From assembly GCA_026224825.1 (NCBI GenBank), contig JAMFRO010000093.1, positions 4,946 through 68,945 on the forward strand: a stretch of DNA of 64,000 nucleotides. Direction: 5' to 3'. Positions 9,620 to 17,493 of this stretch are shown here, piece after piece (the stretch's first letter is position 1; each line of letters opens with the position of its first letter). Below the pieces are notes generated by a model. The model ran no database searches and was not told where the DNA came from. It saw nothing but the letters and a program-made list of their open reading frames with translations. Both the position numbers and the translations under genes were made by a program. The DNA comes from a bacterium (lineage in GTDB: Bacteria > Pseudomonadota > Alphaproteobacteria > Acetobacterales > Acetobacteraceae).

Positions 9620-9708
9620 TCTCAACTCCCCGTGGTTTTCGTTGTGCGATTCACCGGTACCAGGGTTGTGGCCGTTTGGTAATGATTTTTTCGTGTGCTG
9701 ACAGGAAT

Positions 9709-10158
9709 TTATGTGAAATACCCCGGCGGCCGCGGGTCGGTGCCGAAGCGGTTGCCGCCATCTGTGCCCTTGCGGCACAGCCAGGACAGCATGGTGAACC
9801 AGCCCAGCAGCGGGATGAGCCCGAAAAAATACCACCAGCCGGATTTGCCGATGTCATGCAGCCGCCGCACGGTAACGGCGGCGGTGGGCAATAACAGCGC
9901 CAGCGACGCCAGCGTGCCGATGAGCTGCACCGTTGCCTGGGTGGAATCGGCCGGTGGAATCGTCCCGGTGGTGATGGCGCTGGTCAGCTCCTGTATCTGC
10001 CGGGGCATGATCATGGCATCGAAAAACCCGGTGACGAGGCCCTGGAACAGCGACCACCACCAGAATTCTGAACGCGGCGCGCGCCCGGTAAACACAGCAT
10101 ATTTGCTGATGCAAATGCCGATCGCCTCGAAAAACCCAGGCGCCGTTGCCTTTTTCAT
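9709..10158 (-). CDS. DUF805 inner membrane protein
   Basis: FTGRAPRSEFWWWSLF, VRRLHDIGKSGWWYF and GGNRFGTDP. Third tandem paralogue. Confidence 0.8.
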   Translation of the reverse strand: MKKATAPGFFEAIGICISKYAVFTGRAPRSEFWWWSLFQGLVTGFFDAMIMPRQIQELTSAITTGTIPPADSTQATVQLIGTLASLALLLPTAAVTVRRLHDIGKSGWWYFFGLIPLLGWFTMLSWLCRKGTDGGNRFGTDPRPPGYFT

Positions 10159-10181
10159 ACTTATCCTTGGGCTCGCGTAAT

Positions 10182-12974
10182 TTACGCCGCTGCTTCCACT
10201 TTGGTATTGTTCACTGGCGGGGTCGGCTCATCGATGGTGGGGGTGAGGGCCGCCAGCAGCGCCTTGCGCAACTGGTAGAGCTTGCGGTCATTCTCCACCT
10301 TCATGCCGAACACGTCCTTCACATAGAACACGTCCACCGCGCGCACGCCGTAGGTGGTCACATGCGCCGAGGCGATTTGCAGCCCCTCTTCGGAGATCGC
10401 CGCCGTCACATCATGCAGCAGCCCTGGCCGGTCGCGCCCGTTCACTTCGATGACGGTATGCCGGTTGGAGGCACGGTTATCCACCACCACGCGCGGCGGC
10501 ACATGGATGGCGCGCATGCGCTGCGGCATGGCGCTGCGTGTGGCCTTGCGGATCTCGGTTTCCAGCCGCAGCCGGCCGGAGAGGGCTTGCTCTACCAAAG
10601 CCGCGAGCCGCGCCAGGCGGTGCGGCGTGTCGAACGGCCCGCCATTGGCGTCCTGAATCCAGAATGTATCCAGCGCCATGCCATCGGTGAGTGTATGGAT
10701 GCGCGCATCCACAATGGAGGCGCCGGCAATGGCCAAGGCGCCTGCGATGCGGCTGAACAGCCCGGCATGGTCGGCGGTATACACCACGATCTCGGTGACG
10801 GCGCGGGCCGGCAGCACTTCCGTATGCACGGTGAGCGGTGCGTTGCGCGCCTTGGCATCGCGGATCATCCGCCCATGCCGCTCTATGCTTTCGGGGTCGA
10901 AACCAAGCCAGTAGGAAGGGTAGCCCAGTGAGAGGAAATCCTCGCGTTCGGCCGGCGTCCAATCCGCCAGCATCTCGCCGACAACGTCTTTTACCCGCGC
11001 GATACGCATGTCGCGCTCGGTGGTGGAGAGCCCGCCTTCCAGCACCTCGGCCACGCGCGCATAAAGCTCACGCAGCAAGGTCGCCTTCCAGCCGTTCCAG
11101 ACCTTGGGGGATACAGCACGGATGTCGGCAACGGTGAGGATCAGCAGCAGACGCAGCCGCTCCGGCGACTGGATGGAATCCGCCAGATCCAGAATGGTTT
11201 TGGGGTCGTCGATATCGCGCGAAAACGCCGTCTGGCTCAGCAGCAGATGATGCAGCACCAGCCAGGAGACCATCTCGGTCTCTTCCGCCGAGAGGCCGAG
11301 CGCCGGGCCGACGGTGAGGGCCAGTTCCGCGCCGAGGGTGGAATGATCCCCGCCGCGCCCCTTGGCGATGTCATGCAGCAGCATCGCCACATAAAGTGCC
11401 CGGCGCGACTGGATCTGCCCGATGAGATCGGTGGCGACCGGTGCCACCTCCTTCAGCGTACCGGCTTCGATGGCGTTGAGATTGCGGATGCACTGCACCG
11501 TATGCACATCGACAGTGTACACATGATACGTGTCGAACTGCATCTGGCCGACGATGCGCCGCCAATCCGGCAAATAACGCCCGAGGATGCCGCTCTCGTT
11601 CAGTATCGCCATCCATGTGGCGGAGGTGCAATTCGGATCATGCCCATCGGCATTCGGTCCGCACAAAAGGTTGAGGAATAATGCGGCGGCTTTTTTATCG
11701 TCGCGCATTTCCGCACCCAGACGCGCCGAGCGGATCAGCATGCGCCGGGCGAGGGGATGCAATTCCAGCCCGCGATCGCGCGCCTCGATGAGGATGCGAA
11801 ACACGCTGGTGGGGTCGGTGGAGGGGTCATGCCCCGGTGCGAAAAGGATCTGCCCATCGGCCAGCACGAAACCAGCCTCGATCAGCGCCAGATCCGTCGC
11901 CGCTACAATCGCCGGCGGCCCCAAGGCCACGCGCACGAGTGCGGGCTCCAGCACGCCGGTCACCCGCGCCACTTCGCGCACCACGAGAAAATAATGCCGC
12001 ATGAAACGCTCGACGCCATCCTGGCGGCCGTGGCGCGTATAGCCCATGCGGGCACCCACCACGGGCTGCAAATCGAAAGTCAGCCGCTCCTCGGCGCGCC
12101 CGGCGACGTAATGCAGATGAAACCGCACGGTCCACAGATATTCCCAGGCCCGCTTACAGGCCCGCGCCTCGGTCTCGGTGAGAATGCCGCCACCTGGCGC
12201 ATCCTTGCCGACCAGCTCGGACATGGCGAAGGTGTTGAACACATAGCGCGAGAGCCAATACAGCGTCTGCAAATCGCGCAACCCGCCGCGCCCTTCCTTC
12301 ACATTGGGCTCGACCATGAAAGGGGTCTCGCCAAAGCGGCGATGGCGCGCGGCGCGCTCGGCCTGCTTGGCGTGGATATACTCACCCGGACCATCCGCCG
12401 CGCAATCGCCCCTGAAGGCCGCCTGGAAATCCGTGAACAGGTCCTCGTCCCCGGTCAGACAGCGGGCATCGAGCAGCGAGGTGCGGATCGTCACATCGGC
12501 TTTGGCCTCGGTCAGGCAATCGGCGATGGAGCGTGTGGCGTGGCCGACTTTGAGCCCCAGATCCCACAGGAAATACAGGATGAACTCAACCGCGCGCTCC
12601 ACCGCCGGGCTGGCAGCGCCACCGGTGAGAAACAGCAGGTCGATATCGGAAAACGGGGCGAGGGTGGAGCGGCCGTAGCCGCCGGTTGCCGCCATGCAGA
12701 GCTTGTCGTCCTTGCCCAATGGCAGCACGGCCAGCGCATAGGCGAACAGCCCGCCGATCAGCTCATCCATCAGCCCGGCATGCAGCCTCGCCGCAAGCAG
12801 CCCGTTCAACCCGTCCTTCTCGAAACTCTGCTGCACGCAGCCCTGCAGCCGCCCGAGCTGGCGGCGGAATCCGGCCAGCGCCGCCTCACGCTGCAACGGC
12901 TCCTTCTGGCCCAGTAATTCGGCCAAAGCATCGGCAATATCAGGTTGTTTTCTCAAAACTTGCGTATCCAGCAC
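10182..12974 (-). CDS. glnD: bifunctional [protein-PII] uridylyltransferase/uridylyl-removing enzyme
   Basis: 930 aa. Nucleotidyltransferase region (GGYGRSTLAPFSDIDLLFL), HD domain (LLHDIAKGRGGDHS) and two C-terminal ACT domains. GTG start assumed. Confidence 0.9.
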   Translation of the reverse strand: MLDTQVLRKQPDIADALAELLGQKEPLQREAALAGFRRQLGRLQGCVQQSFEKDGLNGLLAARLHAGLMDELIGGLFAYALAVLPLGKDDKLCMAATGGYGRSTLAPFSDIDLLFLTGGAASPAVERAVEFILYFLWDLGLKVGHATRSIADCLTEAKADVTIRTSLLDARCLTGDEDLFTDFQAAFRGDCAADGPGEYIHAKQAERAARHRRFGETPFMVEPNVKEGRGGLRDLQTLYWLSRYVFNTFAMSELVGKDAPGGGILTETEARACKRAWEYLWTVRFHLHYVAGRAEERLTFDLQPVVGARMGYTRHGRQDGVERFMRHYFLVVREVARVTGVLEPALVRVALGPPAIVAATDLALIEAGFVLADGQILFAPGHDPSTDPTSVFRILIEARDRGLELHPLARRMLIRSARLGAEMRDDKKAAALFLNLLCGPNADGHDPNCTSATWMAILNESGILGRYLPDWRRIVGQMQFDTYHVYTVDVHTVQCIRNLNAIEAGTLKEVAPVATDLIGQIQSRRALYVAMLLHDIAKGRGGDHSTLGAELALTVGPALGLSAEETEMVSWLVLHHLLLSQTAFSRDIDDPKTILDLADSIQSPERLRLLLILTVADIRAVSPKVWNGWKATLLRELYARVAEVLEGGLSTTERDMRIARVKDVVGEMLADWTPAEREDFLSLGYPSYWLGFDPESIERHGRMIRDAKARNAPLTVHTEVLPARAVTEIVVYTADHAGLFSRIAGALAIAGASIVDARIHTLTDGMALDTFWIQDANGGPFDTPHRLARLAALVEQALSGRLRLETEIRKATRSAMPQRMRAIHVPPRVVVDNRASNRHTVIEVNGRDRPGLLHDVTAAISEEGLQIASAHVTTYGVRAVDVFYVKDVFGMKVENDRKLYQLRKALLAALTPTIDEPTPPVNNTKVEAAA

Positions 12975-13022
12975 GGTAGATCAGTCCAGCATATCAGTGA
13001 ATTCACAGCGTCCCGTCAAACG

Positions 13023-15620
13023 TCATTTTTGCGCATGTCCGTCCTTGTTGAGCTCGTCCCGCAATTCATACAGCGCGTCCAGCGCCTCGCGCGGGGTCAT
13101 GGCATCCGGATTGAGCATGGCCAGGCGCAGCCGCAATGCCTCCTCGGAAGCCGAGACCGGCACTTCGATAGAGGCGAATAATGGCAGCGGAGAGGTTGCG
13201 GAAAGGTTGCGCTCGGCCGTTTTAAGCAGCATTTCCGCGCGTTTGGCGATGGTTTCCGGCACGCCGGCCAGCCTGGCCACATGCACGCCCCAGCTCTTCT
13301 GCGCCGCACCCTCGACCACCTCGTGCATGAACACGACCTCTCCCCGGAACTCTTTCACCCGCATCGTATGGGCTTTGAGCCGTGGCAATGCTTCGGTGAG
13401 CTGCGTTAATTCATGAAAATGTGTGGCAAATATGGCGCGGCAGCGGTTGCTGTTATGCAGGCTCTCCAGCACGGCCTGGGCAATGGCCAGACCATCCCGC
13501 GTGCCGGTGCCGCGGCCGATCTCATCGACGATGACGAAGCTGCGCGGCCCGGCCTGGTGCAGGATCGCCGCTGTCTCGATCATCTCGACCATGAAGGTGG
13601 AGCGGCCGGAGGCGAGGTCATCCGCCGCGCCCACGCGGGAGAACAGCCGGTCCACCAGGCCGAGGCGCATGGCATCCGCCGGCACCGGCAGCCCGGCCTG
13701 GGCCAGTATCACCAGCAGCGCGTTCTGGCGCAGGTAGGTGGATTTACCGGCCATGTTCGGCCCGGTGAGCAGCATGAGCCGCTGATGCGCGGAAAGCTCG
13801 CAGGCATTGGGGATGAAGCCCACACCCGGCGGGAGGGCGGCTTCGACCACGGGGTGGCGGCCGGATTCGATGTGGAACTCCGCATCCGCGCTCAGCTCCG
13901 GGCAGCAGAACCGGCCGGAGAGGGCGAGCTGCGCGGCGGATTGCAGCACATCGGCCAGCGCCAACGCCTCGGCACAGGCGGCCAGAGCCTCGGCCGCCGC
14001 CAGCACCTGTTTCACCAGCCAGGAGAACACCAGTTTTTCGCGCGAAGCTGCCCGCGCGGCGGCCTCCGATATGCGCTGGTCGAGCGTGGATAGCTCGGGG
14101 TGGGTGAAGCGCGCGCCATTGGCCATGCCCTGGCGCAGGATCAGCTCTGGGTTTTCCCGCAGCTTTTCCACGGCCACGGCGGGGGCCTCCAGCACGTAAC
14201 CCAGTTGCGCGTGGTGGCGGATTTTGAGCGAGGCCACGCCATAACGCTGCGCCAGCTCGCTCTGAAACTCGGCGATCACCCTGCGCGTGTCATCACGCAA
14301 CGCCCGCTCGGCATCCAGCTCGGGGTCAAACCCAGCCGCGATTGCCCCGCCATCCTCCAGTTTCAGCGGCGCCGGCTCGGCCAAGGCGCTTTGCAGCGTG
14401 GCCAGCAGCTCCGGTGTCGGGGCCAGAGCCGTGGCGGCTTCATCCAGCAACGCGGTGCCCGGCGGCAGCAATGTTTGCAGTCCCGCCGCCACATCCAGCC
14501 CGGATTTTATCGCCGCCAGATCGCGCGGGCTGGCCCGCCCCAGCGCGATCCGCCCCAAAGCCCGCGCCATATCCGGTGTGCCGCGCAAAGCGTTGCGCAC
14601 CAGCTCGGCCCGCCCGGAATCCCGTAACGACAGCCAGGCTGCCTGCCGCGCCAGCAGCGGCTCCAACTGGCACAAGGGCGCGGTAATCCACGATGCCAGC
14701 TTGCGCGCACCCGCAGGGCTCACCGTGCGCTTCACCGAACCCAGCAAACTCCCCGCCTCGGTGCCACCACGCGCGGATACCAGCTCCAGGCTCGCGCGCG
14801 TCGCCGCATCCATCGCCAGCCGCCCCGCCACACCGGCACTGGCTGGGTGGGAGAGCCGGGGCATAGCCCCCATCTGTGTGGCCGCGATGTAGCCCAGCAC
14901 CTGCGCCGCAGCCAAAGTCTCAGCGGCGGAGAAATCGCCAAACGCCTCCAGACTCGCCGCACCGAATTTCAGCGCCAGCTCCCGCCTTGCCGCCTCGGCC
15001 GATGCAGGCACCGCCATGGCGAGCCGCCCGGTGCTCACCCGGCGCGCCGTGAACCCGCCCAACTCCACGCTTTCAGGTGCCAGAATCTCAGCCGGGTCCA
15101 GCCGCCCCAGAATCGCCCCCAACCCCGCCGCATCCGTTGCCTCGGTCTCGAAAAGCCCGGTGGAAATATCGGCCCATGCTACACCAAGCGAAGAACCCTC
15201 CACCGCCACAGCCAACAGAAAATTAGCCCGCCCAGCCTCCAGCAGCGACTCCTCAGTCAGCGTCCCCGGCGTCACCAGCCGCACCACATCCCGCGCCAAA
15301 GGCCCCTTCGCTCCCCGCGCCTTGGCCGCCGCCGGATCCTCCATCTGCTCAACAATCGCCACCCGGAACCCGCGCCGGATCAGCCGCGCCAGATACATCT
15401 CAGCCTGCGAAACCGGCACCCCGCACATGGATACAGGCTGCCCCTGATGCGAACCCCGCGCCGTCAGCGCGATATCCAAAGCCGCACTCGCCGCCTGCGC
15501 ATCCGCAAAGAACAACTCGTAAAAATCGCCCATGCGAAAAAACAGCAAAGCATCCTCATGCCTCGCCTTAATGGCAAACCACTGCGCCATCGCCGGCGAT
15601 GCCCCTGCTGCGTCATTCAT
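13023..15620 (-). CDS. mutS: DNA mismatch repair protein MutS
   Basis: PAMAQWFAIKARHEDALLFFRMGDFYELFF N-terminus and Walker A TGPNMAGKST. Start placed at MNDAAG (ATG 15620). The 95-aa upstream extension of the 960-aa ORF runs through a repeat element. Confidence 0.9.
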   Translation of the reverse strand: MNDAAGASPAMAQWFAIKARHEDALLFFRMGDFYELFFADAQAASAALDIALTARGSHQGQPVSMCGVPVSQAEMYLARLIRRGFRVAIVEQMEDPAAAKARGAKGPLARDVVRLVTPGTLTEESLLEAGRANFLLAVAVEGSSLGVAWADISTGLFETEATDAAGLGAILGRLDPAEILAPESVELGGFTARRVSTGRLAMAVPASAEAARRELALKFGAASLEAFGDFSAAETLAAAQVLGYIAATQMGAMPRLSHPASAGVAGRLAMDAATRASLELVSARGGTEAGSLLGSVKRTVSPAGARKLASWITAPLCQLEPLLARQAAWLSLRDSGRAELVRNALRGTPDMARALGRIALGRASPRDLAAIKSGLDVAAGLQTLLPPGTALLDEAATALAPTPELLATLQSALAEPAPLKLEDGGAIAAGFDPELDAERALRDDTRRVIAEFQSELAQRYGVASLKIRHHAQLGYVLEAPAVAVEKLRENPELILRQGMANGARFTHPELSTLDQRISEAAARAASREKLVFSWLVKQVLAAAEALAACAEALALADVLQSAAQLALSGRFCCPELSADAEFHIESGRHPVVEAALPPGVGFIPNACELSAHQRLMLLTGPNMAGKSTYLRQNALLVILAQAGLPVPADAMRLGLVDRLFSRVGAADDLASGRSTFMVEMIETAAILHQAGPRSFVIVDEIGRGTGTRDGLAIAQAVLESLHNSNRCRAIFATHFHELTQLTEALPRLKAHTMRVKEFRGEVVFMHEVVEGAAQKSWGVHVARLAGVPETIAKRAEMLLKTAERNLSATSPLPLFASIEVPVSASEEALRLRLAMLNPDAMTPREALDALYELRDELNKDGHAQK

Positions 15621-15640
15621 GCGCCGGATAAAGCCACAGC

Positions 15641-15777
15641 AGGGAAGGAAGGCCAAGGGGCTTCGCCCCGTCGTGCGAATGCACGCCTCCGGCGTGACGA
15701 CCCCCACCAAGGGCCGAAGGGCCCTTGGATCCCACCCGGCATAGTAAAGGGGGGGAGGCCCCCTGGCCTTTTTCCTT
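15641..15777. repeat. palindromic mosaic element, copy E (core-less solo form)
   Basis: Terminal inverted AAGGAAGGCC / GGCCTTTTTCCTT. GC hairpins ggggcttcgcccc and gggggggaggccccc. Contains the 32-nt gtcgtgcgaatgcacgcctccggcgtgacgac motif and the caagggccgaagggcccttg hairpin, both shared with copies B, C and D. Confidence 0.7.
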
Positions 15778-15786
15778 GCTAAGGCT

Positions 15787-16347
15787 TTACCCGGCGATGA
15801 AGCCGCGCGGGCGGGGCCAGAACAAACCAGCGCGGGTGCGGTAGGCGGCGTAGGCGGCGGCGAGTTCGGAGTTGGCAAATTTGCGTTCCTCGCGGGTCGC
15901 TGCATCCAGGTACAGGGTTGTCATGATGGCTGGTGCCAGCCAGCCGGCGAGGCTGGGGGTGGCTATGGCGGTGCCGAACCAGAACAGCACGTAGGCCAGA
16001 TAGAACGGGTGGCGCACGTAGCGGTAGGGGCCGTGGTTGAGCAGGAAGTTCGGGCTGTCGTTGTCATAGGCGAGCGTTGGCGGTGTGCTGCGGCTGGCGA
16101 TGATGGCCGAGGCGAAGACCGCGAGCGAGGCCGTGAAGAGCACGAGGGCCGGGAGCCAAAGGCTGGAGGCGCCGTAGTGCAGGTGCCAGAGGAAGGCGAT
16201 GAACAGCGCGGTTGAGAGGCCGGTGGTGAGTTTCATGCCGGGTGGCATGTCGCCGGTGGAGCGGAAATGCGCTTTCACGCCCCAGCCGAAGGCGGCGAAG
16301 CAGATGGTGGCGTCAAAACCGGTGAGGATGGAAAAAAGAACGTGCAT
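15787..16347 (-). CDS. isoprenylcysteine carboxyl methyltransferase (ICMT/PEMT) family membrane methyltransferase
   Basis: Polytopic 186-aa protein with the family core HGPYRYVRHPFYLAYVLFWFG ... REERKFANSELAAAYAAYRTR. Confidence 0.7.
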   Translation of the reverse strand: MHVLFSILTGFDATICFAAFGWGVKAHFRSTGDMPPGMKLTTGLSTALFIAFLWHLHYGASSLWLPALVLFTASLAVFASAIIASRSTPPTLAYDNDSPNFLLNHGPYRYVRHPFYLAYVLFWFGTAIATPSLAGWLAPAIMTTLYLDAATREERKFANSELAAAYAAYRTRAGLFWPRPRGFIAG

Positions 16348-16377
16348 TTGTCTAAGCCTTTTCGAATGAGGTGGGAT

Positions 16378-17124
16378 TTATTCGGAGAGGAAAACGTTGA
16401 CGGCGTCGCCGGCCAGCAGGCTGGTGTAAGTCTCCAGCGTGCGGGGATCGGCGCCGACGACGGGGATTTCTTCCCGGATGCGGTCGAAATTGGCTTCCGG
16501 GCAGGCCATCAGGTTTGTTTCGAATTTTACGCCTGCGTAGCGGCGCGGCCCGGCGACATATTCAAAATGCATGCGGCGGTAGAACGGCGAGTGGTTCTTG
16601 CGCACGCAATTCAGCATCATGTCGGCGCTTTTGACGTGAAGCATGTAGGACACAAAACGGAACAACACGAAAACAAGTTCGAAATCGGTGGCGTAGTCGG
16701 GGTGGCGCACCAGCCGGTTTATTTCCATCATGCGTGCCGGCCGGCCGTGAGAGATGCTCGCGGCCAAAGCTGAGACGTCTTCGGGGAATATGCGCGAGGC
16801 CGGGATTTCATCCCAGCCGATTAGGCCGGGTGTGAGATCCAGCACGCACATGCGTACCGAGGCGACAGGCCGGCCATGTTTGTAGATGACGACGCATTGG
16901 GCATTTGGCTTGGCGTCGTCGGCATCCGAGAACAGCGCCTCGGGCAGTGGATCGATAAAACCGCCGGAGAGGTAGCTGAGATAGCGCACGCTGTAGGAGT
17001 CGTTGCGCGTTTGCTCATCCAGGGCGAGGCGCGCGGTGAGCCCCGTATGTCCGAGTCGCTGACGAGCCCCGCCGCGAGCCCGGCTTGGTGTGACGACTGG
17101 TGTGACTAACTGTAAAGAACTCAT
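16378..17124 (-). CDS. FeeM-like N-acyl amino acid synthase (LuxI/GNAT-fold acyltransferase)
   Basis: Start at MSSLQL, preceded by AGGAG. Family-like blocks SVRYLSYL, MEINRLVRHPDY and VRKNHSPFYRRMHFEYVAGPRRYAGVKFETNLM. Assigned by recollection of the family pattern, not by a search. Confidence 0.5.
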   Translation of the reverse strand: MSSLQLVTPVVTPSRARGGARQRLGHTGLTARLALDEQTRNDSYSVRYLSYLSGGFIDPLPEALFSDADDAKPNAQCVVIYKHGRPVASVRMCVLDLTPGLIGWDEIPASRIFPEDVSALAASISHGRPARMMEINRLVRHPDYATDFELVFVLFRFVSYMLHVKSADMMLNCVRKNHSPFYRRMHFEYVAGPRRYAGVKFETNLMACPEANFDRIREEIPVVGADPRTLETYTSLLAGDAVNVFLSE

Positions 17125-17493
17125 TAAAAATCTCCTGATTGCAACCAAAGAGGGTAAATTAGTAACCCTCTCATCCCCAAGATGTAGAGGTAAATTTGAT
17201 TACGAACGGGAAATATGTCTTAAAAGCTCCCGCCAACCCTGGTTCCGATAGCTGCGGAAGTTTACATTTGATTTGAAGAATGGCTTGCAAATCATTGGTT
17301 TTGCCGCCTCATCTGCCGGTCTCAAGATTTGGAGCGATTTGACCAATGTGAATCGCAACCGAAAAAAAATTTTTCAATGCATCGTTTGGCCGGCAACTAA
17401 TGCTAACCTGGAGTGGACGAGCATTTTTATGTTAGGTTGTATTGTACGCAGGCTGTCTAAGGAGACGTCCGGAAGCGGAGAGGTGTTCAAATT

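Noticed and set aside
15621-15905. N-terminal extensions of ORF-track entries: mutS 960 aa, der 511 aa, uvrA 1049 aa, bamD 329 aa, rpmJ 88 aa, marC 260 aa
   Set aside because: The extensions are Arg/Pro-rich, run through intergenic repeats or neighbouring genes, and precede canonical conserved N-termini. Starts were therefore trimmed to the conserved Met or Val.
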